Below are positions 22,196 to 32,501 of a stretch of 64,000 nucleotides of DNA, in pieces. Made by a program: the position numbers and the translations under genes. This DNA is from Candidatus Dadabacteria bacterium (GTDB lineage: Bacteria; Desulfobacterota_D; UBA1144; Nemesobacterales; CSP1-2), in contig CAWDVW010000005.1 of the NCBI GenBank assembly GCA_963805855.1, forward strand, positions 992,001-1,056,000, read 5' to 3'. Each line of letters starts with the position of its first letter. Within the stretch, counting starts at the first letter, position 1. The notes under the pieces were generated by a model. That model saw nothing but the letters and a program-made list of their open reading frames with translations. It was not told where the DNA came from and did no database searches.

Positions 22196-22432
22196 ATGAC
22201 CTCAAGTCAGAAGCTAATCTGGGGCTGGCTCCGCTTGTTTCTTGGGGTGGTTCAGATGGTGTTAGCTACAGCTTGTGTTGGCCTTCTGTTTACGCTTGGT
22301 CTGCACTTGACGACTTCGATGTTCTTTGCTGAGGCTACTGCGGCGACGATTATAAGCCGCTTAGTCTGCCACGGGCACGCCGATCCAGATCTTGAAGGGA
22401 AAGTCCCAAGGAGGAATCCTCTGAATGAGTAA
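22196..22432 (+). CDS. small hydrophobic hypothetical protein (possibly a remnant)
   Basis: 78 aa with two hydrophobic stretches; overlaps the acr3 start. Confidence 0.3.
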   Translation: MTSSQKLIWGWLRLFLGVVQMVLATACVGLLFTLGLHLTTSMFFAEATAATIISRLVCHGHADPDLEGKVPRRNPLNE

Positions 22433-23534
22433 AGTTACTGCCCTCATCGAAAAATTTCAAAATTTTAAACTACTGCCTTTCTTTGTTCTAATTAGCATGG
22501 GGATCGGGATTACTCTCGGGAAGATTTATTCCATCTCTAATTTTGAGCTAACTCCACCTATTGATGCTATCGTATCTATTTTTAAAGGTACCTATACGTT
22601 CTCTCTGGCTAATTCCCTTGCTCTTGGTGTGGTAATCGGTTTGTTCTTAATGATGTATCCGGCTATGACTAATATCAAATTTGAAGATCTGGGCAGGGCA
22701 GTTAAATCACCGAAACAACTTCTAGTGGTATTATTTTTCAACTTCGCCGTTGCACCTTTTTGGATGTTGTTCCTGGCAAACATGTTTTTAAAACCCGGGA
22801 GCGATTTCCATACAGGTCTGGTACTTTATGGATTAGCGCCATGCATTGCTATGGTAATCATCTTCACATTCCTATCTTTTGGAAATACAGCAATGGCAAT
22901 CGTATTGGTGGCAATGAATTCTATACTACAGATGATTCTCATTCCGGTTTATGCCAAGTGGCTTTTAGGCAACGTAAGCTTTGATGTGTGGGTAGTAGCC
23001 GAAAGTGTTGTACTCTACCTTGGCATTCCGCTAATGGCTGGCTTTTTCACCCGTCGCTGGGGTGTGAAAAAGTACGGCGAGGTTGGCTTCACGAAGGTTA
23101 AAACTTATCTTGACAGCTTATCTATCATTGGGCTTCTGTTCACGCTCATTGTAATGTTTGCGCTCAAAGGGGATTTGATTATGGAACAGCCCGGCATCAT
23201 TCTAAAGTTGGCGGTGCCAATGACATTATTTTTCTGGAGCATATTTATTGTTGCATATCTCGTTGGATGGAAACTCGGCTTCAACTACGAAGATGCAACG
23301 GCTGTAGCATTTAATTCCACTGGTCGTGACTTTGAAATTGCCATTGCAATCGCCATTACTGCTTTCAACCCAACCGTCGCCTTGGCGACTGTGATTGGAC
23401 CTCTTATCGAAGTACCCGTGATGCTAGTGTTGGTCTGGTTTGCACGGATAACAAGGTACAGGTTGTTTGCTGAACCGGCAAAAGAATTTGAAGTTATCCG
23501 CGTGAGTCAGCCCAAAGGCAAGGAGGTAGCTTAA
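22425..23534 (+). CDS. acr3: ACR3 family arsenite efflux transporter
   Basis: LMMYPAM, GLAPCIAMV, FEIAIAIAI, IGPLIEVPVM. Confidence 0.93.
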   Translation: MSKVTALIEKFQNFKLLPFFVLISMGIGITLGKIYSISNFELTPPIDAIVSIFKGTYTFSLANSLALGVVIGLFLMMYPAMTNIKFEDLGRAVKSPKQLLVVLFFNFAVAPFWMLFLANMFLKPGSDFHTGLVLYGLAPCIAMVIIFTFLSFGNTAMAIVLVAMNSILQMILIPVYAKWLLGNVSFDVWVVAESVVLYLGIPLMAGFFTRRWGVKKYGEVGFTKVKTYLDSLSIIGLLFTLIVMFALKGDLIMEQPGIILKLAVPMTLFFWSIFIVAYLVGWKLGFNYEDATAVAFNSTGRDFEIAIAIAITAFNPTVALATVIGPLIEVPVMLVLVWFARITRYRLFAEPAKEFEVIRVSQPKGKEVA

Positions 23535-23535
23535 A

Positions 23536-24429
23536 ATGTTTGAAAAAGTTCTTTTTCCCACTGATCTTGGAGAGCTATCTTCTCATCTGCTTACCTGTAT
23601 AAGCGATTTGCGTAATATTGGTTTAGAAGAGGCTATTCTTCTCTACGTAATCAACGTAGACGAAATTAATCATAATCTCTTAGCTTCTTTTCGTGATCAG
23701 GATGAAGCTAGATTAAGAGAAATCGCTCGCATCAGACTAGAAGAACAGATTCAAGTATTGAGAAATAGAGGTATACAAACAAAAGCAATAATAACCACGG
23801 GTATTCCCAGTAACGAAATTGTAAGGATTGCAGAGTCCGAGGGTGTTTCTTTAATTATTGGAGGCGCACAGCGTCATCATGGCAAGGAAGAGGATGAATT
23901 GGACATAACTACAACGCGAGTTATCTACAAGAGTAATTTGCCGGTGCTTGTTATCAAACTCTCCGATGAGGAGATAAAACATCCTAATGAATGCGATCGC
24001 TTTTGTAGTCGTCTTTTTAGCAAAGTGCTTTTTCCAACCGATTGGTCTGATTGTGCTAAAGCTACTCTGAATCAACTAATGAAATTACGAAAGATTATTG
24101 GTCAACTAATCGTAAGCCATGTCATGGATGAGCGTATTCTCCGCCATCTCGAACCTGAAAAAATTGAAGGATACCGACAAAACGATCTAAATCGTTTGCA
24201 TGAGGTCAAGGAAATTCTAGGTCGTCAGGGTTTTTCTGTAAATACGCATTTGCACGTTGGGTACCCACCCTTTGAAATCAGTCGCATAGCCGATGAGGAA
24301 GATATTTCTCTTATGGTTATTGGTAAGAGAGGCCGGACTGGTTTAAAAGAGATAATTTGGGGAAGTATATCCCAGCATTTGGTTCGTTTTAGTCACTGTT
24401 CAGTGTTGGTTTATTACTGTTGCGACTAG
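23536..24429 (+). CDS. universal stress protein, tandem USP domains
   Basis: two KVLFPTD starts, G.P..EI, GKRGRTGLKEIIWGSIS. Confidence 0.9.
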   Translation: MFEKVLFPTDLGELSSHLLTCISDLRNIGLEEAILLYVINVDEINHNLLASFRDQDEARLREIARIRLEEQIQVLRNRGIQTKAIITTGIPSNEIVRIAESEGVSLIIGGAQRHHGKEEDELDITTTRVIYKSNLPVLVIKLSDEEIKHPNECDRFCSRLFSKVLFPTDWSDCAKATLNQLMKLRKIIGQLIVSHVMDERILRHLEPEKIEGYRQNDLNRLHEVKEILGRQGFSVNTHLHVGYPPFEISRIADEEDISLMVIGKRGRTGLKEIIWGSISQHLVRFSHCSVLVYYCCD

Positions 24430-24517
24430 AAGATTAGGAATCTGCGGAAATACCCAGATATCGCAATCAGATTAGTTCGATTTTTAGTCATTACTAATGA
24501 GAGGTGTTAGATATGAG

Positions 24518-24569
24518 TAAGGATCCTCACACCTCCGGGAGGTCACGACCTCCCGGAGGTCTTTTTCCA
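24518..24569. repeat. direct repeat copy 1 with palindromic ACCTCC(C/G)GGAGGT units
   Basis: TAAGGATCCTCACACCTCCGGGAGGTC + ACGACCTCCCGGAGGTC + TTTTTCCA. Confidence 0.8.
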
Positions 24570-24833
24570 ATGAAGCCGCAACCGTAAAGCTCCTTCCATT
24601 TATTCCAACCCTGTCCACGAAGATTTCGGTGCGGATGATCTGATTTTTTAAATATCGCCGCTTGGGCATCATGTTTTCTACCGGTCAAAGCCACTGCAAT
24701 CTTTGTGCTTCCCGTATCCAGTTTACACAAAAAGCGCCTTTTTCAGAGAGTAGCTTATCTCCACGAGTCTTGGGATCTTGTAAAACATGGGTGAGCGTAT
24801 CAGTCGCGTTCGGAAGGTTATTATTGGAAGAAC

Positions 24834-25175
24834 TTAATCATTTTTATGATGTCTATACTTGATGATTCTTACTTTTTCCATAGTCACTAATCCCTCTTTA
24901 ATCGTCTCGTCGAGAAATGGCAGCAATTGCTTGAGGTTTTCCTCAGTGTCTACGATTTCTATGACTATGGGCAAATCTTCTGAAAGTCTGAGCAGCTTGG
25001 CGGTATGAATTCGACTCTGGGCCCCAAATCCCATTACAGCCCGGATAACGGTTGCACCGGCAAGATTTAACTCCCTGGCTCTGAGAACGATCTGCTCGTA
25101 AAGAGTCTTACCTTTATAGACATCACTCTCGCCAATGAATATTCTCATCAGAAATCCTTCGCTGGGTAAGTTCAT
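24834..25175 (-). CDS. DUF190 (PII-like) protein
   Basis: RIFIGESD, LAGATV..GFG, LSEDLPIVIEIVD; immediately downstream of crcB. Confidence 0.9.
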   Translation of the reverse strand: MNLPSEGFLMRIFIGESDVYKGKTLYEQIVLRARELNLAGATVIRAVMGFGAQSRIHTAKLLRLSEDLPIVIEIVDTEENLKQLLPFLDETIKEGLVTMEKVRIIKYRHHKND

Positions 25176-25187
25176 ATTTTTGCCCCC

Positions 25188-25574
25188 TTATTTAAAGATT
25201 CCGATTAAGGATCTGAATGTGACAAACCCGCAATAAACCATCAGCAGTCCTAATATATTACTTCCCAGGACATTTAACATCGCAAACTTAATTTCAGATT
25301 CCCGAATGAGGTTAAAGGTTTCCAGTCCAAACGTGGAAAATGTAGTGAAAGCTCCGAGCATGCCTACGAATATAAGTAGTCTAGTATTAGGGGATATTAT
25401 AAACATCTCAAAGAATTGCCACAGGAAACCAATCATGAAACAGCCAATAAGATTTACCATTAGTGTTCCCCAGGGAAGAATCCCATCCATATATTTATAG
25501 GTCAAACCTGACATCCCATACCTGAGAAGTGAACCGACAGCCCCACCAATTGCAATAAAAGATAGTTTTAACAT
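25188..25574 (-). CDS. crcB: fluoride efflux channel Fluc/CrcB
   Basis: GGAVGSLLRY, GTLMVNLIG, GMLGAFTTFSTF. Confidence 0.96.
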   Translation of the reverse strand: MLKLSFIAIGGAVGSLLRYGMSGLTYKYMDGILPWGTLMVNLIGCFMIGFLWQFFEMFIISPNTRLLIFVGMLGAFTTFSTFGLETFNLIRESEIKFAMLNVLGSNILGLLMVYCGFVTFRSLIGIFK

Positions 25575-25639
25575 TCATCTCCTCCAGCCCAATTGTGTTT
25601 GCATAAGAGCATAATTTGGCGCTTAAACAATTTATTTTG

Positions 25640-25702
25640 GGTAGGAGTTATCAACTGCTGGAGGGAAATTAGCAGTAGTTGGAGGTGAACCCCATCACCT
25701 TT
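25640..25702 (-). ncRNA. fluoride riboswitch (crcB motif)
   Basis: minus strand GGTGATGGGGTTCACC..AAC-TACTGCT..AGCAGT-TGATAACTCCTAC, about 65 nt upstream of crcB. Confidence 0.9.
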
Positions 25703-25980
25703 ATAGACACATAATACCTAACACTTTGTTTTGATCAAGAAAATCAAAAGGCAAGGTTTAAGAAAAAAAGCAGCCGCCCTGGACCCCTACGTCCAGGGAA
25801 CCGGAGAATGGGGTGCCCTTTGATCCTCAAGGTCAAACCGCTGGCTTTTATAAGAAGATGCTGCGAGCTTGGACTTCCCCTTGATACGGTCAGGGAGTTT
25901 TTAAAGCTGGTGGATCAGAAGAACAGCACCTATGTTGAAATAGCGGATATATCCCAGCACCATCTACAAGATATCCGCGC

Positions 25981-26015
25981 TAAGGATCCTCACACCTCCG
26001 GGAGGTCTTTTTCCA
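25981..26015. repeat. direct repeat copy 2
   Basis: 27 bp identical to 24518-24544, followed by TTTTTCCA. Confidence 0.8.
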
Positions 26016-26018
26016 TAA

Positions 26019-26320
26019 TCACAAAGCGCTGTGCAGGGCCTTTTTTACCGCATGCGGGTTTTTCTCAATGACCGTCAGATAGGCCTTGGTCGGGCCTTCG
26101 GGCACACGATGTTGTGGGTTCCCCATTTTTTTAATGTGGATACTGGAATGGCAAAAGTCTCGGAAAAAACCTCCTGTGTCATCTGAAGTTTTTCACGGAT
26201 TGCTTTCACATCTATATCTTTGGCGCGTATCCTGTAGGCGCGGCCTTTGGTTTTATCTCCTTTGAGATAGGCAAGGGCTTGCTTCGCCCCTGTAATAATT
26301 TCATTTCCTGCTTTGCTCAT
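26019..26320 (-). pseudogene. frameshifted HigA/Xre-type HTH antitoxin
   Basis: DVKAIREKLQMTQEVFS...STLKKW, then another frame continues RVPEGPTKAYLTVIEKNPHAVKKALHSAL*. Confidence 0.75.
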
Positions 26321-26511
26321 GGTTTCATCTCCTTCTTAATCTACTGAACGATTCCGTACAGGATAATAATTATAACCATTAATGCTGAAATGAAACTCCC
26401 TGCAGGCTATCATCATAGAAACGGAAAGTCGCAGAAGCTTAGATTTTAAATGGGCATTCAAAAAATTGCCAAAATCAATTCCGGAAGCTTTAAAAAAAGT
26501 GACAATCGTTA

Positions 26512-26615
26512 CTGTCATCTCGAAGGAATAAAATGACTGAGAGAACTATTCTATAAAAAAGGAAAGATATCTCGCCGAGCCTGCACTGAGTTTACCGAAG
26601 TGCTCGATATGACAG
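26512..26615. repeat. GTCAT...ATGAC-type palindromic intergenic element
   Basis: CTGTCATCTCGA ... TCGATATGACAG terminal inverted repeats; internal CTGAGTTTACCGAAG resembles CTGAGTTTGTCGAAG near 2430. Confidence 0.6.
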
Positions 26616-26813
26616 GGTTTGGCCAGTCTTGTCCAGTCGAAGGGTTGTTTCTTTGTATCAAGACAAAGAAAATAAAAGATTAAACAATGGATCCCCGATT
26701 AAAACATTCAAAGAAATAGAGAAACTTAATGGATTTGTATACCAATCACTTTTACGAATCCACCCGAAACGATTTTGTTTGAACAGGTTTTCCCCTTCTG
26801 TTAGAATTGCAGG

Positions 26814-27371
26814 ATGGCTAAGAAACGAATAACAAAGGTCTATACTCGAACCGGAGACAAAGGTTTAACCTCACTCATTGGCGGGAAAAGAGTGAGCAAA
26901 GACTCTTCGCGAGTAAACGCATATGGCGAAATAGATGAGCTTAATGCAGTGCTGGGAATAGTACGATCTCAAGCAATGGACAATGAAATAAAGGTAATCA
27001 TTTCAGTTATTCAGAATGATCTTTTTATTATTGGGGCTGATCTTGCGAGTCCAATGGATATCCGGGCACCCAGGATACGACCAATTAGCATAAGGAAGCT
27101 AGAAAGAACAATCGATAAATTTCTTAAAGAGCTCGACCCACTCAAGGAGTTTATTCTTCCAACCGGGGGCGGCGGGGGGCATTACCTTCACCTCGCAAGA
27201 ACCGTTTCGAGAAGGGCCGAAAGAAGTATTGTCAAGCTGAATAGAGAAGAAAAAATCAATGAAAACGTGCTGAAATACATAAACAGGCTATCTGACTTGT
27301 TGTTTGTAATGGCTAGAATTGAAAACAAACGCTCTGGTTTTGAAGAGACATTCGTAAACTTCGGAAGATAA
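26814..27371 (+). CDS. PduO-type cob(I)alamin adenosyltransferase
   Basis: KVYTRTGDKGLTSL, AYGEIDELN, RTVSRRAER, NRLSDLLF. Confidence 0.93.
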   Translation: MAKKRITKVYTRTGDKGLTSLIGGKRVSKDSSRVNAYGEIDELNAVLGIVRSQAMDNEIKVIISVIQNDLFIIGADLASPMDIRAPRIRPISIRKLERTIDKFLKELDPLKEFILPTGGGGGHYLHLARTVSRRAERSIVKLNREEKINENVLKYINRLSDLLFVMARIENKRSGFEETFVNFGR

Positions 27372-28022
27372 ATGCCACCCTTCAATAATTTTGAGGACTT
27401 CATAGTAAATCCACAGATTGAGGAATATCTAAAGAGTCTATCACCAGTGGATGACACTATTCTTAAGGAGATGGAAGAGCTCGGTAAGGAAAGGAGTTTC
27501 CCAATTGTTGGACCGCTCGTCGGAAGGCTACTCCTTCAGTTGGCCTTGGCCATAGGCGCAGAAAGGATCTTTGAGATGGGCTCAGGCTTCGGATACTCTG
27601 CATATTGGTTTGCTAAAGCATTTCGTGATAGGGGTACATTATTCTTCACGGAGTTTTCAAATGATAATGCTAAACTTGCTCTAAATTTTTTTAAGCGCGG
27701 GGGGATTGATAACAGAATAAGGATCCACATTGGGGACTCACTATCAATCCTGGACACCATACCGGGGCATTTTGATATAATATTCAATGACATCGACAAA
27801 GAACGCTACCCCTTAGTAGTTGAGAAGGCTTACAACAGGCTGAGAAAAGGCGGTCTTCTGATAGCCGACAATCTTCTCTGGTTCGGAAGGGTATTGAGAG
27901 ATGATGATTCGTCAAGCACAAAAGGGGTAAAAGAATTTACAAGGCTTCTTCTTTCTGAAAAAGGCTTCCTCACAACTATCATTCCAATAAGAGACGGAAT
28001 TTCGATCAGTCTAAAGCTCTAA
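27372..28022 (+). CDS. SAM-dependent O-methyltransferase
   Basis: FEMGSGFGYSA, FNDIDK, GGLLIADN. Confidence 0.9.
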   Translation: MPPFNNFEDFIVNPQIEEYLKSLSPVDDTILKEMEELGKERSFPIVGPLVGRLLLQLALAIGAERIFEMGSGFGYSAYWFAKAFRDRGTLFFTEFSNDNAKLALNFFKRGGIDNRIRIHIGDSLSILDTIPGHFDIIFNDIDKERYPLVVEKAYNRLRKGGLLIADNLLWFGRVLRDDDSSSTKGVKEFTRLLLSEKGFLTTIIPIRDGISISLKL

Positions 28023-28082
28023 GCAAATTTTATAGGTATCATATATTAGGTTTATTTTCTCATTAACTGAAACCATTACGCC

Positions 28083-30707
28083 ATGGAAAAATTACGAATG
28101 CGTTCAAAAAAGGAAGACGGGTATCAAGGCGTAAAACTACGTTACAAGGAAAAACAATACGGGTTAAAGAAGCTTCACGATAAACGAACCCTTTCAGGCA
28201 TAGCGTTCTCGCAGAGATTGTCCCTTATAACCGATGAACTTATCAAGGAATCTCTAATACATCTTGGCTTCCCTCAACTCAACGGAATATCGATAATTGC
28301 AACCGGAGGCTATGGAAGAAAAGAGCTCTGTCCATACTCAGATATAGACCTGTTGTTCCTATATTCGCCAACGAAAAAAACATTAGTAGAAAGCGCAGCA
28401 CAAAAACTGCTTTATTCTCTATGGGATCTAAACCTTCAAATAGGCCACTCCATTAGAACAATTGACGAGTGTTTCGAAATTTCCCTTAACGAGGACACAA
28501 CAATTCTGACGTCCCTTCTTGACGGTAGATTCATTACCGGCGATATAAAAGTATATAATAAATATGATAGAAAGCTCTTTCTTGAATTCCTCCCAACGAT
28601 CTCTTCCAGTTTTATTCGAAGGAAATTGGAAGAAAATGAACAGAGGATCGACAAATTTGGTAGATCAATTTATCTCCTCGAACCAAACATAAAGGAAGGA
28701 GAAGGTGGGCTGCGTGACATTCACACGGCACTGTGGATAGCACAGGCAAAATTCAAGCTCAAAGAATTTAGAGAGCTCCTCTATAAAGGTATACTGACCG
28801 AAAGGGAGCTCAATGTATTCAAAAGGGGATTGGATTTCCTACTTCAAATTAGAACACAAGTCCATTATTTAGCCGAAAGAGCGGAAAATATACTCAGGTT
28901 TGATTATCAGGAGAAAATTGCAAGGTTTCTTGGCTATAAAGATACAGAGCTACCCGCAGTAGAACGTTTTATGAGAATCTACTATCTCAGGGGAAATCTA
29001 ATTAAGGAACAGTCCAAGAAACTTATCGACAGATGCGCTTTTAGACCAAAACTTAGCTTCAGCTCCCAGAAGACAGTGCTCTTGGATAAAGGCCTTGTCA
29101 TCCAGGGAGGAATGCTCTCCGCTTCAAGCCGTAGAATCTTCCGCGACCACCCCCAAAACTTCTTTAAATGCTTTGAATATGCCGATAAATACGAAATCAA
29201 AATGAGTAAATACCTGTTGGATTTAATTCGTGAAAACGTGAAGCTCATTGATGAAAACGTAAGGAATGACCCGGGGCATAATTCTTCGTTCCTCAGTCTC
29301 CTTTCAAATGGTAAAGCTGTGTCGGATATGCTTTTTGAAATGAATCGTCTTCGTCTTCTTGGTCGTTATATTCCCGAATTTGGGAAAATAGTATGCATGG
29401 TCCAGCACGACGCATACCATGTTTATACGGTGGATATACATTCAATTTTCATGATTAGGGAAATTGAAAATCTCATCCATGGAAAATACGAAAAGGAGTT
29501 TTCCCTTCTGACAAAAATCTCTAGAGGTATTTCAAAACGACATATTCTTTATCTGGCCTGCCTTCTTCATGATATAGGAAAGGGAGAGGGAAGGAATCAC
29601 TCTCAAAAAGGCGCACAGATGATACCGAAAATCGCCGAGCGAATCGGTCTTACAGTTGAAGAAAATGAGAAACTTCAATTCATAGTTAAGCATCATCTCA
29701 TAATGCCCCATTTTTCTCAGAGGCGAGACCTTCATGACGAAAGCCTAATAATTCGATTCGCCAAATCGGTAAAAACTGTGGAAACCCTCTCTTTACTTTA
29801 TCTACTCTCATTTGCAGACATTAGATCAGTCGGTCCTGATGTATGGACAAACTGGAAGGGGATGCTTCTTGAGGAGCTTTATCTTAGAACCGCAGCGATA
29901 CTCGAGGAGGGAGAATTTAAGAAGGAAAGTTTAGAGGAAAGAGCGAAGAGGTTTACAGGAGATGTCGTTAACCTTGTAAAAGAAGAATTCGCAGAGCAAT
30001 GGGTAAAAAAAATTCTAGGAGGCATGCCGCACTCGTACTTTGTAGGTTATTCCCCACAAAAGATTGCCTATCATTTGAAACTGATTAAAAAATTCCCCAA
30101 AGGCATCGGAATAGACGTGGCTTTTCATCCCGGTGAAGAGTACGACGAGTTTACATTCTGGGGATTCGATAAGCCTGGTATCTTCTCCCACCTGTGTGGA
30201 GTGCTCGCCGGAAACGGCGTTAATATTTTGGGCGCCAGAATCGTAACACGTGATGACGGAAGAATCCTAGACGTCTTTTATGTAAACCGGCTCGGCAAAT
30301 CCACCCACACCGAGAAAAATCTATGGTCTAAGGTAGACGAGGACCTCAGCAATGTATTGATGGGTAAGGCAGACGTAGGACAAATTGTCTCTCGAAGAAA
30401 AAAACACGGGCCTATCTATGTAAAGACGATCCCCAAAAATCCACCTCGTGTGGAGGTAGATAACGAATCCTCCGAATTCTCAACAATTATCGATGTTTAT
30501 ACACATGACCGTGTAGGACTCCTTTACGACATAACAAAAGCCATAACCAATCTGGGACTTTCAATTACATACGCAAAAATCTCCACTAAGGTCGACCAGG
30601 TGGCAGATGTTTTTTATGTAAACGAAATAAATGGGGGTAAGGTTCACGATCAAATCAAACTGAATCAAATTAAATCAATGTTAAAAACAATAGATTCCGG
30701 AGATTGA
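28083..30707 (+). CDS. glnD: PII uridylyltransferase/uridylyl-removing enzyme
   Basis: GGYGR...SDIDL, KEGEGGLRD, YHVYTVDIH, LLHDIGKG, two ACT domains. Confidence 0.96.
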   Translation: MEKLRMRSKKEDGYQGVKLRYKEKQYGLKKLHDKRTLSGIAFSQRLSLITDELIKESLIHLGFPQLNGISIIATGGYGRKELCPYSDIDLLFLYSPTKKTLVESAAQKLLYSLWDLNLQIGHSIRTIDECFEISLNEDTTILTSLLDGRFITGDIKVYNKYDRKLFLEFLPTISSSFIRRKLEENEQRIDKFGRSIYLLEPNIKEGEGGLRDIHTALWIAQAKFKLKEFRELLYKGILTERELNVFKRGLDFLLQIRTQVHYLAERAENILRFDYQEKIARFLGYKDTELPAVERFMRIYYLRGNLIKEQSKKLIDRCAFRPKLSFSSQKTVLLDKGLVIQGGMLSASSRRIFRDHPQNFFKCFEYADKYEIKMSKYLLDLIRENVKLIDENVRNDPGHNSSFLSLLSNGKAVSDMLFEMNRLRLLGRYIPEFGKIVCMVQHDAYHVYTVDIHSIFMIREIENLIHGKYEKEFSLLTKISRGISKRHILYLACLLHDIGKGEGRNHSQKGAQMIPKIAERIGLTVEENEKLQFIVKHHLIMPHFSQRRDLHDESLIIRFAKSVKTVETLSLLYLLSFADIRSVGPDVWTNWKGMLLEELYLRTAAILEEGEFKKESLEERAKRFTGDVVNLVKEEFAEQWVKKILGGMPHSYFVGYSPQKIAYHLKLIKKFPKGIGIDVAFHPGEEYDEFTFWGFDKPGIFSHLCGVLAGNGVNILGARIVTRDDGRILDVFYVNRLGKSTHTEKNLWSKVDEDLSNVLMGKADVGQIVSRRKKHGPIYVKTIPKNPPRVEVDNESSEFSTIIDVYTHDRVGLLYDITKAITNLGLSITYAKISTKVDQVADVFYVNEINGGKVHDQIKLNQIKSMLKTIDSGD

Positions 30708-30767
30708 AGACTTATGAGAAATCTTCTTTCAGTCAGTATGCTTTTGATTCTAATACACTAAAGAAAA

Positions 30768-32378
30768 ATGGTCCAGTCCGAAAAATTAGCAGATGATAAG
30801 CTTGAAGCGCCTTTTCTTGTTGTGGGAAGTGGGTTAGCGGGGCTTTATGCCGCGCTTTACGCTTCAAATTTTGGCGATGTAATTCTGCTTACAAAATCTA
30901 CACTCGAAGAGAGCAACAGCTATTGGGCACAGGGTGGCATAGCCGCCGCGATGGACCCGGAAGATTCACCACTATATCATCTTGAAGATACAATCAAAGC
31001 CGGAAGGGGTATTTGCAATGAAAAGGCCGTCGAGATACTCGTGCGTGAAGGTAGGGAAAGAGTCCTGGATCTAATTAATCTCGGGATGAAGTTTGACTCT
31101 ACCGATAGGGGTTTTGAGCTCGGATTAGAAGGGGGACATACAAAAAGACGAGTTCTCCACTCGGGTGGGAATTCAACGGGAAAAGAGATTGTTGAATTTT
31201 TGATATCCTCTGTAAAAAAGTTGAAAAGAATTTTGATACTGGAAAGTACAGCCGTAGAGACATTGATATCCGATGGGAAAACATGTTTCGGGGCATTAGC
31301 CTTCAAACAAACACCATCGAATAGGATACCCATCGTCTCGGGTGCGACTATACTCGCAACCGGTGGCGCTGCTGCGCTGTATTCAAGAACCACGAATCCT
31401 CCCGGTGCAACTGGGGAGGGGATTTCGCTAGCGTACAGATCGGGTGCTGAAATCACGGATATCGAATTTGTTCAGTTTCACCCGACAACGCTTTACGCTA
31501 AGAACGGCGGTGGATTCCTGATCAGCGAAGCTGTGAGGGGTGAAGGCGCACATCTCCTGAATAAGGATGGAGAAAGATTCATGCTTCGTTACCATGAGCT
31601 CGGAGAGCTAGCCCCGAGGGATATAGTATCGAAGGCCATATTTAATGAAATCAAAACATCAGGCGAAGACTGCGTATTCCTATCTCTCAAGCACCTGGAC
31701 AAGGCGTTTGTAAGAAAGCGGTTTGCAAATATACATAATATGTGCTCTAAATCTGGAATCGATTTCAGCAGTGATTTAATCCCCGTAGCCCCGGCTGCCC
31801 ATTATACAATCGGAGGCGTTAAGACAGGCCTAATGGGAGAAACCAGCATAAAAGGTTTATTCGCTTGCGGAGAGGTTGCATGCACTGGGGTTCACGGTGC
31901 CAACAGACTGGCAAGCAACTCACTTCTTGAGTGCATCGTTTTCGCCAAACGGGCGGTCGACGGCGCAAGAAATAATGGCGCCCCTATTAAAAATAGAGAT
32001 CACGGGTCTATCAATAAATACAACCAACCCTTTCTTGGTCATCAAAGTTCTCAAAATGAGGCATCTTTCAAAATCAAAAATATTGTCGTGGAGTTAATGA
32101 ACCAAAATGTCGGAATAATTCGTAGTGATGAAGGGTTAAGGAATTCAATCAGAGAACTAGAAAAAATATCGATCTCGACAAATGAACTAAGCGGCTACTA
32201 TAAGCACAGGATGCAAAATATTATTGAGCTCTGTAAACTCACCGCAAATGCAGCCCTCCTGAGGAAAGAATCGAGGGGAGTACACATCAGGGGGGATTTT
32301 CCGGACGAAGACCCAGAATTTAGGGCTCATATCGTGTGGAAAAGAGGATTCGAACCGACAATAATCAAGGGTAACTAG
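30768..32378 (+). CDS. nadB: L-aspartate oxidase
   Basis: GSGLAG, AQGGIAA, EGGH, QFHPT, HGANRLASNSLLE. Confidence 0.95.
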   Translation: MVQSEKLADDKLEAPFLVVGSGLAGLYAALYASNFGDVILLTKSTLEESNSYWAQGGIAAAMDPEDSPLYHLEDTIKAGRGICNEKAVEILVREGRERVLDLINLGMKFDSTDRGFELGLEGGHTKRRVLHSGGNSTGKEIVEFLISSVKKLKRILILESTAVETLISDGKTCFGALAFKQTPSNRIPIVSGATILATGGAAALYSRTTNPPGATGEGISLAYRSGAEITDIEFVQFHPTTLYAKNGGGFLISEAVRGEGAHLLNKDGERFMLRYHELGELAPRDIVSKAIFNEIKTSGEDCVFLSLKHLDKAFVRKRFANIHNMCSKSGIDFSSDLIPVAPAAHYTIGGVKTGLMGETSIKGLFACGEVACTGVHGANRLASNSLLECIVFAKRAVDGARNNGAPIKNRDHGSINKYNQPFLGHQSSQNEASFKIKNIVVELMNQNVGIIRSDEGLRNSIRELEKISISTNELSGYYKHRMQNIIELCKLTANAALLRKESRGVHIRGDFPDEDPEFRAHIVWKRGFEPTIIKGN

Positions 32379-32501
32379 TCTCGATCACTTCTTTTAATTT
32401 ACATTCTGAAAAATAAAGGTACAATTATTGGTTAGAGTTTTCTTAATTTTAGAAGCATTATATTTGAATAGGAACTTAATTATTTTTCACGGAGATCGCT
32501 G

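Noticed and set aside
24518-26015. Palindromic 27-bp repeats as a CRISPR array
   Set aside because: Two copies 1.46 kb apart, no regular spacers and no cas genes
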